A stretch of 42,130 nucleotides of DNA. It comes from Saprolegnia diclina VS20 (taxonomy: Eukaryota). Below, in pieces: positions 1-11,796 of this stretch (within the stretch, counting starts at the first letter, position 1; each line of letters begins with the position of its first letter). The stretch spans positions 650,497 through 692,626 of the forward strand of contig NW_008246096.1 of assembly GCF_000281045.1 (NCBI RefSeq), read 5' to 3'. Position numbers and translations under genes: made by a program. The notes below the pieces were generated by a model. It had not been told where the DNA came from and ran no database searches. It was given only the letters and a program-made list of their open reading frames with translations.

Positions 1-1528
1 GGTCACGGGGGCGTCAGTCGCATGCAATGCGTCGTCGACGAAGATGAGCGGCCGGCTAATGGTGGACGAGCACATGGCGGCGCAAGATGGAAAATGATCC
101 AACACCAACGATCGCCCACACGCGATCAAATGCGTTCTCCGGTCTTTGTCGTGCCCACAAAAACACGCTACGCGCTCGCGCGTCTCTTTACATTAGGTTG
201 TGATCGCGACCGCTCCGGTTGCCACGTGGACCATCTGGCTCTTCCCTGCGAGGTGCGATCGAGGCGCATTGCGGTGCGTCGAGCAGGCGACGTCACTTGA
301 GATCGGCGGCCGACCGCGACCATCGATGTGCATACGTTACTGGCAGAGAGGCATCGGCGCGGGCGTAAGCACGCGTATGACCGTCGCGCGTGAGAAAGAT
401 ACGCGCGCGTTCTCAGGCGTCGACACAGCGAAACCGGCTCTGGGCCACCACGTGGCGTCGGCGAACCATGGACCACAAAATATATGGCTCGGGTGACTCG
501 GACTTCAACCGGCCACGAGGCCGTGCGTAATACCAGCGCTGAGGGGCCCGACGTCCAGAATGGTAGCGCTTTAGACTGTAGCTCACATGCTACCTCCTGG
601 CTCACACGTTCGAATCAAACGTAAAGACACGCTAGAAACCAAACCGTGGTTGAATAGACGAAGTTGCAACAGTCGCGCGACGACGCACCTTGTTGCATTT
701 GGGTGCAGGCGATGACTGCCATCAGCTCCGCCCCAATTGGTCCGTTTCGACGGCGCGTCATCGCCACCACCAAGATCCGCGATCCTCATTCAATGGCCAG
801 CGGTCGCTTGCAGGATCTATACACGGCTCTCTTGCCGAATACTACGTGAGACGTGGGCGAAACGTTCCCACGGCTTCTTCTCGAGTTCACGCAAGACGGC
901 TGCAAGGCGGACAGCGGACGGCGGCCGTGTCGCTGCTTTGTGATACTCACGTTTTGGCCACTCGACCGGACCAGCGCCGGCAGCATCCCAGGCAGCGTCC
1001 CAATAAGGTGCTTGGTCGCTCGTCCCAGACCAAGATCCCACTTCATTTCAGAATATCTTTTGGTTTATTGCCGGCCCTGCCTAGTCCATTGAAGACGGGT
1101 ACAGTAGCTCAATGTACCATGCAGAAGCTCTCTAGACCCGCATATCCGAGTTTTCCTGCGCCATGGCCGCCGCCAGCCAAAATGGCCTTCAGCATAAACA
1201 AATGTACTAAACTTAGTATGCATATATACTCTCTAACTCGAGTATGTGGTGGTGCAACTCCGTCGCAGCCAACCCAAAATTTAAATTTCGCTACTTTCGG
1301 CGGCAATCGGTGATGTCCCACCGTGCACCTCCGCCAACCAACGCGACCAACTTGGGTGCCAAGTCGCACGACACAGTCCCACGATGACCAGCACAGACGG
1401 TCGGACAATAGGACGGTCGGGGTTGATGATGACCGATGTGCTGCTGGAAGATCATTCACGCTAGCATACTCTTTAACTCTTGGATTATTCGTGTCAAAAC
1501 TATATATAAATAAACAATATACGAGGGT

Positions 1529-1774
1529 TTAGATCTCGGGCTTGCCAAAGACGACCGCCCAGATGTCCACGTTGCGGTCGTCCTGCTTGGTAGCAGCGGC
1601 GGTGGGAGCTTCGTCCTTGGGCGAGAGGTCCGCAAGGCCTTCGGGGAGGGGCACGAAGGGCTCGAGGACGACCAGCTTCTCGTCGGCGACGGCGGCCGGG
1701 CGAGCGACGGCCTGGGACGCGTTCAGGCGCGAGAGAGCTGTGGGCGGGATGCGGGGAACGCAGCGGCGAAGCAT
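1529..1774 (-). CDS. Small 81-aa hypothetical protein with a mitochondrial-presequence-like N-terminus
   Basis: ATG at 1774 to TAA at 1529: MLRRCVPRIPPTALSRLNASQAVARP...VDIWAVVFGKPEI. GC3-rich codons resemble neighbouring genes, an AT-rich region follows the stop, and CCAAT boxes lie upstream at 1844-1856 and 1943-1952. Confidence 0.6.
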   Translation of the reverse strand: MLRRCVPRIPPTALSRLNASQAVARPAAVADEKLVVLEPFVPLPEGLADLSPKDEAPTAAATKQDDRNVDIWAVVFGKPEI

Positions 1775-1843
1775 CTTGTGTGTTTGGCGGATATTGCAGA
1801 ATGAAAGGATCGACGGGGTCTCCAGCTGCAACATATGCTGCGC

Positions 1844-1952
1844 GCTGATTGGCTCGCCGCGTTTACATCGCTACCTACGACGGTCGGTCATCCATATCTT
1901 ACTTCGATTCCACCAATCCACGCCAAGTTGAACCTCCACTAAGGCCAATCAG
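1844..1952. promoter_or_regulatory. Pair of oppositely oriented CCAAT boxes
   Basis: GCTGATTGGCTCG at 1844-1856 and GGCCAATCAG at 1943-1952. The TGATTGGCTCG core recurs upstream of other genes at 16085-16095 and 29930-29940. Confidence 0.5.
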
Positions 1953-2642
1953 ATGAAAGTTCAATCGGCGACAGTCAAGCTCGCATAGACAAGGTAAGAC
2001 GTCGAGTCATCGCATGAAGCTACGCTCACGCAACTGGCTGCTGCTGGCGCAGCCCCGCGGTGCACATACTGCTGTTTAACCGCTGTCGAGCGAGCGCGCA
2101 AGACGAACCAAGATCACAGATAACTTACAGGCGTCAAGCCTAGCGCCACGATGCTATCACCACCCAATGTCGGGTGCAGAGTTGCGTCCGTTTAGACAAC
2201 CGTGCCAAATGCAACTTCAAGCTGGCGCCAAAGACCACCCAAGTTCAAAGATACGCGTCCTCGTTTCTGCAACTTCAAGCGCCAAATTCTTCGATTCAAA
2301 AAGATCTTTTTCGAGCCATTCGTGATCTTCTCGATGGTCGTTGGAGGCGCTGCACTGCGTGGCTTTGGCGCCGGTAGCAACCAATTTGCCGGCAAGAATA
2401 ACAGCGATTGGGCATGTTGAGGCTTGGAACATTTAACCAGCTACGATTCAAATGTATTCGGATGCGTTTTGGCACATGTGACGAGGCAAAAGGAACTGCC
2501 CATGGGCAAGCAAGGACGCCAATGGAGCTGCATGACGTCAGGCTTCCACAGTCGATCCCACTCCCACCCATAAAAGCTCCCCAGCCCCTCCTGCCCGTAC
2601 ATCGAATCTCTTCACGACGCTGGGCACTCGAGGGGATATGGA

Positions 2643-5629
2643 CTAGGACGCCCTGGCATTTGACGTGTGCAAGAGAGACTCGTGCTGCGTGTGGTGCTTG
2701 AGCTTGGGGTTGGTGTGCAAAATCGTAAAGCAGCGCAAGCACGTCGTGTCGCCAAGGCAGTCGTGGCACTGCACCGCGGCCGCGCTCGTCTTGCAGACTG
2801 CGCACTTGGCGGCCTGCACGACCACCTTGGTCCAGGCTTTCCTTGGGTCCGTAGCTTCGCCAATGGCGTTGGCCTCTTGGCGCTCGAGGTGAATGCGCTC
2901 GGCAAAGCACGAGACGCAATAGCGGACGCCTGTTGCCACGTGGCGCTGCGTCACAAAGTTGAGTTTGCACTTGAAGCAGAGCACGTAGCCGTCCGGAATC
3001 GTCCACGATGTCTCGAGCGTCTCTTGGTTGAAGTAGAAGAGCTCACCGCGGTCGTTCATCCGCCGGACCCAGTTGAGCGACTCCATGGGGAGCGTCGCGA
3101 CGGCCGCGCCCATGAGCAATGGCGGCGACGGCGACGTGGTGCGGGACATGGTATTGTAGTAGACGACGACGCCTGTCGTTGGGTCAATACGGCGCATCAC
3201 GACAGCGCTACAACCACACCATATATTCTCATCGTTCGCACGAGGCTGTACCGCATGAGGCCGCGCATGTATTTTTTCGCTTGGCGACACCGAAAGAGGA
3301 GCTGAATCGTCTTGGCCGACCGGTTGCGAAGCACCTTGAGTCTCTCTTCAGCGCCGCGTATCGCCAGCTGCGCCATCGTCTCGTTCACGCGCGTTTGAAT
3401 GTACTGCTCCCGAGCGATCGCGTCGCAGTCTGCCAGCGTTAAATTGACGCATAAGATCTTATTGAGCTCTTCCGTGTGCATATAGTAGGCCTACACGAAC
3501 GATCCAAGACAAGTCCGGCGCCGGTGCACGCACCTTTGGTGGCTGCGCTTTGCTGCGGAACACCTCGAGGCGGCACACCCAGACGCAGTTGGGCACGTTG
3601 CCATACGCCGGATCGGCTTGCAAACCCGCAACGACCGTCGACGGGTCCGTCTCGTATATATACGTGGCCGATTCGAGCAGCTTGGCTTTGCCTACGGACG
3701 CTTTTGCAGCACAAGCTATCGTGCTGTAGCCAAACCTTCGGGCGTCGCGAGCCACTTTGCAGCAGCTTCGCGGGCCTTGGCCTTGGCCATGGCTTCGATC
3801 TCGGCCCACGCAGCGTCGTTGGCGGCGTCCAAGCGCCGCTGTCGTTCGATTTTCTTGGCGGTCCGGTACTCGATGAGCTCTCGCTGCTTGCGCATCTTTT
3901 TGATTTGCTCGGTTTGTGCGCGGAATGCGGCCGCGCGCGCCCGCTCGACCTCCTTCTTTTCCCTTGCCAGTACCTTGCGCCCGGCAATAAGAACTCGTTT
4001 TCTTAATGGCGCCTACCTCGCGCGCGATGGCGTCTTCGATCTTCATTTGCGCCACTTCACGTTCCACCCGCGCGCGCTCAATGTCGGCAGCAACCATGGC
4101 GTCTTGGCGCGCTGCCGCTTGCCGATCGCGCTTTTGGAGCACGACAAAGTAGGTCCACGCCGCTACCATGGTCTGCAGCACTAGACAACGATGCTTGTCC
4201 ACGGGATGCGACACCTGCCGACGTACGCTGGGCGCGCACGGCGCGGGCTTTCGCGACGCAAATCTCGTGGCGCTCGCGTCGCAGTTGAAATTGCAGCTAT
4301 CGTTGCATATGTACCATCGCTGGGATAGAAATCGAACCTGGGTGTACTGGATCCACGCGGTATACACGGGTCGCAGGAGACGTGGTGGGCGGGACCGCTC
4401 GGCGCGCGCCGCTGCCCACATGTCGCTACATTGCGCGTCACCATCAAATTTGCATGCGTGGTCATGTCGTACAGAGCTCGCCACGCTGTTTGAAAGAAAC
4501 ACCAGTCAAGAATGACTCGGGCGAGAAGCGACTTGTGGTACTGGGTCCGCGCCACAACCTCGCGCACATGCATCCATCGGCGTCGATGGCAATGATCTCG
4601 AAAGCCCGCGAGACCGCGGGCACACTGCACCAATTGCCAATGGCGCTCGCCCCGCTTCTTGCGACGCGAGAGGTGCGTCCACTACTCCACGCAGGTCAAA
4701 GCAAGGCGGGCAATGACGGTGGACCTCGCGCCAGCGATGCAAGTGGGCCCGCGAAGCGGCCAGCGACCATGTCCGGACAGCGAGCTGCAGGCGCACAGCG
4801 TATCGCTCTTGCTCGACACGAAGCACGGAAAAACCGTACTTATCTCGGTGGTACTTGAGGCGAATGGCGTCCGGCAGGATGTGCCACACTTGACGGTCGA
4901 GCAGCTTTGGCAACCACGGGTGCGACTCTACATGGCGCTATGCCATACACTGATACCGCGATGGGTACCTGCGTACGCCAGCAGGTCGCTGAGGGTGTAG
5001 GTATGACATCGCTTGGCCCGGGCTTCAGCGAAAAAGTCCTTGAGGCAGTGGTCGACTTCGGCTTCCTCCAGTGGACTCGACGACGCCAGCGTGCACATGG
5101 CGCTCAGATCGGAACTCGTTTGGATCGCTTCCACATTGTCCTTGGTGCTGGCGTAGACGTAGAACCAGCGCGAGATGCGGTCGCGTGGCGCCAAGAGTGG
5201 CTGCTCGAGGGTATCCCACATGCCTGTGACGCGTCGGTAATCAACAACCAGGCCGTGCGCACTCGGCTCGGCGATAACGTCCAAGACTGCGCGCACCAAG
5301 TGGATCGCTTGCTTGTCGCGGGCGTCGAGACCCAAGCACTTGATCAAGATGCTTTCAAGGAGCGAGAGCGGTACGTGCGCCTGGACACACGCCTCGAAAC
5401 AAGCCACGTGCAGCGCAGGCAAAAGCGGCGCCGGACGCGACGCGTAGTACGCATGGAGACTTCGCAAGTGGCGCCAGCGCGTGTAGTACTTGTCCTGGCG
5501 CGCCCACGCCTCGGCCTCGTCCCGGGCATCCACGTCCTGCGTACACGTCGCGACGCGCGCGGCCTCGACGAGCTCTCGCAAGCGCCGCTTGGATGGCGAT
5601 GGGACCGGGCTGCCCTGCCTCAATGCCAT
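2643..5629 (-). CDS. Multi-exon protein: possible EF-hand-like N-terminus, Trp-spaced (Sfi1-like) helical repeats, coiled coil, IQ motif, two WW domains and C-terminal Cys/His zinc fingers (B-box-like)
   Basis: Exons joined across ORFs 4928-5629, 4506-4913, 4181-4633, 3459-4502, 3197-3481 and 2643-3290. IQ: AKTIQLLFRCRQAKK. WW: IDPTTGVVVYYNTMSRTTSPSPP and WVRRMNDRGELFYFNQETLETSWTIP. Zinc fingers: CFKC..YCVSC and CAVC..CHDC..CLRCF..LH...HH. Could be two genes. Confidence 0.7.
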
Positions 5630-5673
5630 CGAAAATCTTCCGACCGTTTTTGTCGAGTTTCGAAATTGGAGCC

Positions 5674-6264
5674 ATGACGGAGCCGGCGCCGTACGCCCGC
5701 GTCTTGAGCGCAGCCGAGAAGGCCAAGGTCGACGCGCTTGCGACGCGCCTTGTCAACCTCGACGACGCATATCACTTTTGGGTCCGCGACAGCAACGATG
5801 TGCGAAGTGCTCGTTCGCGGTACGCTGCGCTTGCTCGCGAAAGGATATGACTCGAGTGTAGGGATGGCTTTGCGATGCGCTGGCGCTCGGCCATGCCCAT
5901 TGCAGAGATACGCGTGCGCCACACAGATGCAAGGGTCTTGAGCTCATAGATGCGAGCATATAGGACCAAATCCAAGAGCGGTATGCGGTGGCGGGCCACT
6001 ACAACGACGCCGTGGACCCGCCGCTCCGACTCCTCCTTGGCGGCAAGGTCCTCGAAGATGGACACAAGCTCGCCGAGTACCTTCCGCTCAAGACACCGTA
6101 CAACATGCAGCACCTCCGCTGGGCCAAGCCCTACGCAGGTAGTGCGACCTCTCGCATGGTGCGCCGTGGTGCTACCCCGGTTAGGGGTCATTTGGGTCGC
6201 ACCGCTCGAGGTCGAGGCGCAATTCGCTAAAAAGTGGGGCCACTACGTCGCACCGAACGCGTGA
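5674..6264 (+). CDS. Small ubiquitin-like-domain protein (about 150 aa, 4 exons)
   Basis: Exons 5674-5819, 5862-5913, 5964-6138 and 6185-6264 splice in frame with GT-AG introns of 42-50 nt. The product contains PIAEIRDQIQERY...PPLRLLLGGKVLEDGHKLAEY, matching the ubiquitin-fold RLIFAGKQLEDGRTLSDY pattern. Confidence 0.75.
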
Positions 6265-6276
6265 CGCACTATCGGA

Positions 6277-6307
6277 TACTATCCATCTACTATCCATCTA
6301 CTATCCA
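6277..6307 (+). repeat. Short tandem repeat TACTATCCATC x2.8
   Basis: TACTATCCATC TACTATCCATC TACTATCCA, read directly in the intergenic region before EMC1. Confidence 0.85.
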
Positions 6308-6525
6308 CTGGATCTGGTGGGCAAATTCAGTCGAGCTCTCCAACAAGGTCTAAAGTTCAACGATTGCAGTGCTTCGTGGCACGATATATTTTTCGGATTT
6401 ATTCCCACTTGGTTTTTCTATCCAAGTTGAATAAAACGACGTGGCATGGGTAGACACGGTCGTATCCGGATCGTCATCCGGATATTGCGACGGCTGCGAG
6501 GTTGCTAACATTATTTGAGGCAGTC

Positions 6526-9500
6526 ATGCGAGGGGTACTGGCGGTCCTGGTCGCGCTCTGCTGCGCGGCCGCAGTCTCTGCGATCTACGAAGACCAAGTC
6601 GGCGAGTTCGACTGGCACCGCGCTGGCCTCGGCGAGGTCCACCGCGTCGCGTTCCCGTCCAAGAACTCGAAGAACTTCCTCGTGACCAAGGCCATGTACG
6701 TGGCCACGGAGGCCAACGTGCTCGCCAAGGTCGACCTCAAGACGTCCGACGTCGCCTGGCGCCACGTCCTCCCCGAGGCCACGGCCGTCGAGGACCTCGT
6801 TTTTTGCGACACCCACGAAAGCGTCGTGTCGGTCTCGTCGTCGCCAGCTTCGGCGGCGTCGACCCGCGATGCGACCTTGGTGCGCCAATGGGATGCAGTG
6901 CACGGCCATCTTCTTTGGCAGGCGTATGTGCCCGTCGCCGCCCCCGTCGAGACGCCGTTTGCCGCAGCCTACGAGGTGCGCGGTGCGACGGACGCGGACG
7001 AAACCATTTTGGCTCTTGTCCGCAACGCCGACGTGACGATCCTCGGCTTGCGCGCTGGTGACGTCTTGCGCACGGCCGCCTTCCCGCATGCGTTTTCCGA
7101 GGTCCTCTCGACCAAGCTCTCGGTGGACGCGACCAAGCTCTACATTTTGGGCGTCGACAGCGTGTCCAAGACCAAGGTTGTCGTGCAAGTGGTCTTGAAG
7201 TCGGCGTCGGCGTCGGTCTTGGCGCTTGCTCAATCCAGTGACGTCGTCGGTCTCTACCGCGACGACGACCAGGACCGCGTCGTGGCTGTCGCTGTCATCG
7301 AGGACGGTTCGGCGTTGCACTTGCAGGCGCTTTACGACCTCGCCGTCGTCAACACGATCGCAATCGCGTCGCTCGAGCTCTCGAACCCGACGCCGGCGAC
7401 GCCGCTCACGTTTGCCGGCATTGACAAGTCGGTTGCCCACGCATTTGTCGTGACGCTCTCGAACGGCAAGCGCCTCTTTGCGCGCGTCTCGTCCAGCTTG
7501 GCGCTGACCGTGCTCGCGTCTTTGCCCAGCTCGGGCTTTCTCATCGCCTCGGCGCAGGCGCCTGGTATCCTCTTCCACGCGGCGCTCCACGCGGCGCAGA
7601 ACCGCGTAGCGCTCGTGTCGTACCATGCCGATGCGTCGCCCTCGATGCATCTCGAAGCGTCCATTGACGTGGCGCTCTATGGCCGTGCGATTACGCGGGG
7701 CTTTGCCGGCGTCACCTTCAAGAAGGCGGGCAAGGCCATCTCGATTGTCCGGGTCGGCCTCGTCATGGCCGATGCGAGCTTGATCCTTCTCTCGAACGAA
7801 AAGCCGTCGGATGCCATTAACCCGGGCCTCGTCTGGATCCGCGATGAAGCGCTTGCGTACGTCACCAAGGCGTACTGGGTCACGCCCGCCGGCATCGAAG
7901 AGCAAGCGCTCAGCGTGATTCCGTCGTTTACCGAGGAGCTCGGCCTCGAAGCCAAGAAGTTGCTGCACTTTTTCACGACGCTCGGCGCGTCGCCCGCCAA
8001 GACGGCTTCGGAAACGTCGCAGTTCTTTGGCTTCTCCAAGCTTTTGATCCTCTCGACGTCGACGGGCAAGCTCTACGCGCTCGCTTCCGAGACGGGCACC
8101 ATTGTGTGGTCCCGCTACGTCGGCCGCGATCACCGCCTCGTGGTGACGCGCGACCACCCGGCGTTCGGCGCCGGCGCCGAGCTCCTCCTCATTGGCGCCG
8201 ACACGCGGCTCACGTGGATCGACGCCGAGGACGGGCGCGTGCTCGCCTCCGAGGCGCCGAGCACCCAGAACGACGCGTACGTAATGCTTCTCCCCAAGCA
8301 AAAGCACCACGAGATGACGGAAGCCGTCGCGCGCCGCGTTGTCGGCGTTGTCGATGCGTCGCTGGAGGTCGCCTTGTACCCGCCGAGCTCGGCCGTGCCG
8401 GACGCATTCTACTTTTACCGCTACGACAAGGCGGCGCACGCATTTGAGGGCTTCCGCCTCGACGAGTCCAAGCGTGCGACGCTGGTGTGGTCGGTCGTGC
8501 TCCCGACTGACGAAAGCATCGTCGCGCAGTCGGTGCAGGCCGACGCGACCGCGATCGAGTCGAGTGTCACCATCACGGGCGACGACTCGCTCCTTGTCAA
8601 GTACTTGAACCCGCATCTCTTTGGTGTCGCGACGCTCGATGCGCACAACGTGCTGCAAGTGAGCTTGATCGACGCGGTCTCTGGGCGCATCGTCCACCGC
8701 GCCAAGCACGCCCAGGTCGCGCCGTCGGTGCAGATGGTGCAGGTAGGACCGTATTCGTTCTGGGGCGCTTCTGACCTCTCAACGTGTAGAGCGAAAACTG
8801 GCTCGTCTACACCTTCTGGAGCCTCAAGACCAAGCGCACCGAGCTCGTGTCCGTGGCGCTCTTTGAGCGTGCGATTGGCGCCCGCGACCTGAACCCGTGG
8901 GTCCGCCCGCTCTGGGCCGAGTCCAAATCGTCCTTTGACGCCAAGGCGCCGTATGTGCTCCAGAAGAGCTTCATCTTCCCGAGCCCCGTCTCGGTGCGTC
9001 TTGTCGCTGTCCCGTCATATCTCATTTCTTCTTCGCTAGTCGCTTGGCGCGACGCTCACGGCGCGCGGCATCACGCCGCAGTTTGTGCTCGTGGGCATGG
9101 CCAACGGCCAGATCTTCAAGCTCGCCCGCAACATCATCGACCCGCGTGTGCCCGAGGGCCCGCCGACGCCCGAGCAGCAAGAGTGCGTGCTTTCTCTTGG
9201 CAGCGACAGTGGCTCATGCAAGCTGTTGTAGAGAGGGCCTCGTCCAGTACTCGCCGTACATCCAAGTGCTCGCGCAGCCCTTCTCGATGGTGTCGCACAA
9301 CCAGACGCTGCACAAGCTCCAAGCGATTGTGAGCGCGCCCGCGAACCTCGAGTCGACGTCGCTCACGTTTGCGTTTGGCTTGGACCTGTACTATGTGCGC
9401 CTGGCGCCCGCCAACGCCTTTGACGTGCTCCCGTCCGACTTCAACTACGAGCTCCTTCTCTTGCTCATTGCGGGCTTTGTTGGCGGCGCGTATGGCACCA

Positions 9501-9544
9501 AGCTTCTCGCGGAGCGCAAGCTTCTCCACGAGCAGTGGAAGTAG
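6526..9544 (+). CDS. EMC1: ER membrane protein complex subunit 1
   Basis: Signal peptide followed by IYEDQVGEFDWH, a beta-propeller region, GDDSLLVKYLNPHL, LIDAVSGRIVH, and C-terminal PANLESTSLTFAFGLDLYYVRLAPANAFDVLPSDFNY plus a TM helix and LHEQWK. Three short introns near 8743-8789, 8994-9039 and 9184-9231. Confidence 0.96.
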
Positions 9545-9667
9545 AGAACCTCTTCTAGACATGATAAGGACTGTGTAATACTACATCGATGCCCACACCT
9601 TTGACAGTTGCAGCGTACGGTTTCACACCAGTCGAGCAGTTGCTGGACCCTACGGCCCGGAAGGAAC

Positions 9668-10559
9668 ATGGAGGACGACCCGGGCGAGATGGAGGCCATT
9701 GCCCTCCAGTCGCAGGTGCGTGGCAGCCGTGAGCGCCGTCGCAAGCCGCTGTGTAGATCACGGAGCTCAACCGGCTCCTTTTTACGACGTCCGACGAGCA
9801 CAAGCGCCGGGCGCTCGAACAGCAAATCGCCGTGCTCGAAGATGACCAGATCACGCTGCGCAAGGCGATCCAGGACGAGCGAGAAACCCGCGCCGCCGCG
9901 CGCTTTACGACTGTCCGACCCGCGAGTGCGCGGCCACGGCGCACGACGCTCAAGCCCGTCCAAGAGGTCGTCCATCAGCGTGGCCTCTCTTTCCGTACAA
10001 CATTCTGTGCGTAGGACAATGAAGTGCCGGCGTCGCAGCTCACGGCTGAGCTCGCGCGGCGCCACTTTATCAACGTCATCCACCTCAAGACGGAGCTCGT
10101 GCGCGACGTCGTGACGCCGTCGCACAACGCCAAGTACCCGCCAACCGCCATCTTGGAGGGCAGCACCAAGAGTTTCTGGATGAGCTCGGGCATGTACCCG
10201 CAGCTGCTGCAGCTCACGATGCGCGAGACCGTGTACATTGCGAGCATTGAAGTCACGAGCGCGTTTGTCAAAGAGATGTGCGTGCACTGCACCCACAGTC
10301 GGTCCGTGGTCAACCCGGACCCGATCACGGTGACGCTGCCGCCGCCCGCCGACTACCACGGTACGCAGCTACGTACGGAGTCGTCCATGCATTCATGTCC
10401 GCAGGCGAGGTCGAGCGCGTGTCGCACAAATTCAAGTTTGAGGGCGACGCGATCGAAGCCATTGACATTCGAATACTCAGCGGCTACGAAGCCTTTTGCT
10501 TTGTGCACGTTGTCAAAGTCAAGATCGACGACAACGTCGAGCGAAAAAACAGCTCGTAG
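9668..10559 (+). CDS. IFT25/HSPB11-like galactose-binding-fold protein with an N-terminal coiled-coil extension (about 252 aa, 4 exons)
   Basis: Exons 9668-9715, 9757-9966, 10015-10360 and 10405-10559 are in frame. SHNAKYPPTAILEGSTKSFWMSSGMYPQ and IRILSGYEAFCFVHVVKV resemble the IFT25 motifs HPPENIIDG..TFW.TTGMFPQ and FII.S....F..VH.V. Confidence 0.8.
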
Positions 10560-10955
10560 CACCCAACGGTATAGTAGAGTAGTAGATACGCCCATGTCGT
10601 CATATAGATCTAACACAAATTCGACGAGCTATGGTCCTCAATCGGTTTGCGCGGATCTGATTGGACCAGGCAATGAACAAAGCGATGCCGGATTGGTTGA
10701 TTCTTACAACCAATCAAACGCTCATACGTGGCGGAAGGAGAGCGCGCGGCGCTTGACGCGTTAACGGCCGCGTGAACAGGCGCTTGCACGAGTCAGCATC
10801 ACATCGCCTGGAGATGCTTCAACCGCGGGGGTTGCGCTGCGTGCTTGGTGGTATTCTCGTGCGCTACCGCCACGGGCACTATGACGACTGGTGGCGTCAC
10901 CTCTATAAAAACATATTAAATTAGATTATGTATCCGAGGTTCTTTGGCATTCGCG

Positions 10956-11699
10956 ATGCTGGGGTTCGTGGGACGCGTCGCGCGGACAGGCCGTCGATGG
11001 AGTTCGACCCTCGACGAGACTGCGTACATTGAGCAGTTGCAGCTAAAGGACATCAAGAGGTGATGTCGCCCGGTGCGCGCGCCTGAGATTCACACGATGG
11101 CATTAGCAAGGTATTTTACGACGAGCAAGCCGAGCGCCGCAACTACTTTTACTACGTCGACCTCCAAGTCGGCAACTTGTCGCCCAATCAATTCGAATAG
11201 CTTAGGACGAGCGTAGGGCCAGCTCTTCCTCGAGGACATGGTGCCCAAGAACATTGCGACGTCGCTCAAGAGCCCCAAGTTCCTCAAATTCTTCTTCCAC
11301 ATGCTGCGGCCGCACGCGGCGACGGACCTGCAATACGTCACGGCCTTTCTCGAGTACCCGTACCGGTCGCCGTGTGGGCCCGAGATGAACTACATCAAGG
11401 CCGCCGACACGCCGATCGTTGTCACGGAGCTCCAGAAACACGAGGCGCAATGGCTCTTGCGGACCAACGCCGACCCGGAGGCCGACGTGCCGTTCGCGCC
11501 GTCGTCGCTCGCGATTTCGGCTTCCACCGGCCGACTCTACCATTGGACCGAGTCCAAGTATGTGCAAGGCTACAGCCTCGTGCGGTCGCAAGTCGCCGTC
11601 GACATTGCCAACTTTATCTCGTTCCCAGAGTCGCCGGATGCACCCCACGTATTCGTCGCACCCTCGGGCGATACGACGCCAATCAAAGTCGTGCAATAA
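10956..11699 (+). CDS. UPF0598 / C8orf82-like (DUF4505) protein, probably mitochondrial
   Basis: The spliced product reads MLGFVGRVARTGRRWSS...RRNYFYYVDLQGQLFLEDMVPKNIATSLKSPKFLKFFFHMLRP...YPYRSPCGPEMNYIKAADTPIV. This matches the C8orf82 pattern REYFYYVDHQGQLFLDD...FPFLSPCGRERNF. Two short introns. Confidence 0.88.
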
Positions 11700-11796
11700 G
11701 ATCTCCGACAACACCCTCTGGATCGATGCAACAAGAGAGCTTGCCATCCTATGGTATACACTGGAAATACACTGCATCGGGCCATCGTGGCTGGTG

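Noticed and set aside
1..1500. Several short overlapping ORFs (e.g. 690-1313 +, 817-1041 -)
   Set aside because: No recognisable motif and no consistent splice model. May be a degraded gene or UTR, but I cannot support a call.
1950..2640. Possible plus-strand gene after a CCAAT box, with a GTAAGA donor near 1994
   Set aside because: All frames close early and none resembles a known protein.
6511..8709. 732-aa antisense ORF; similar ones at 11372-13279, 14524-15618, 21979-22803 and 33019-34395
   Set aside because: Shadow ORFs opposite real genes, expected from GC3-rich codon usage.
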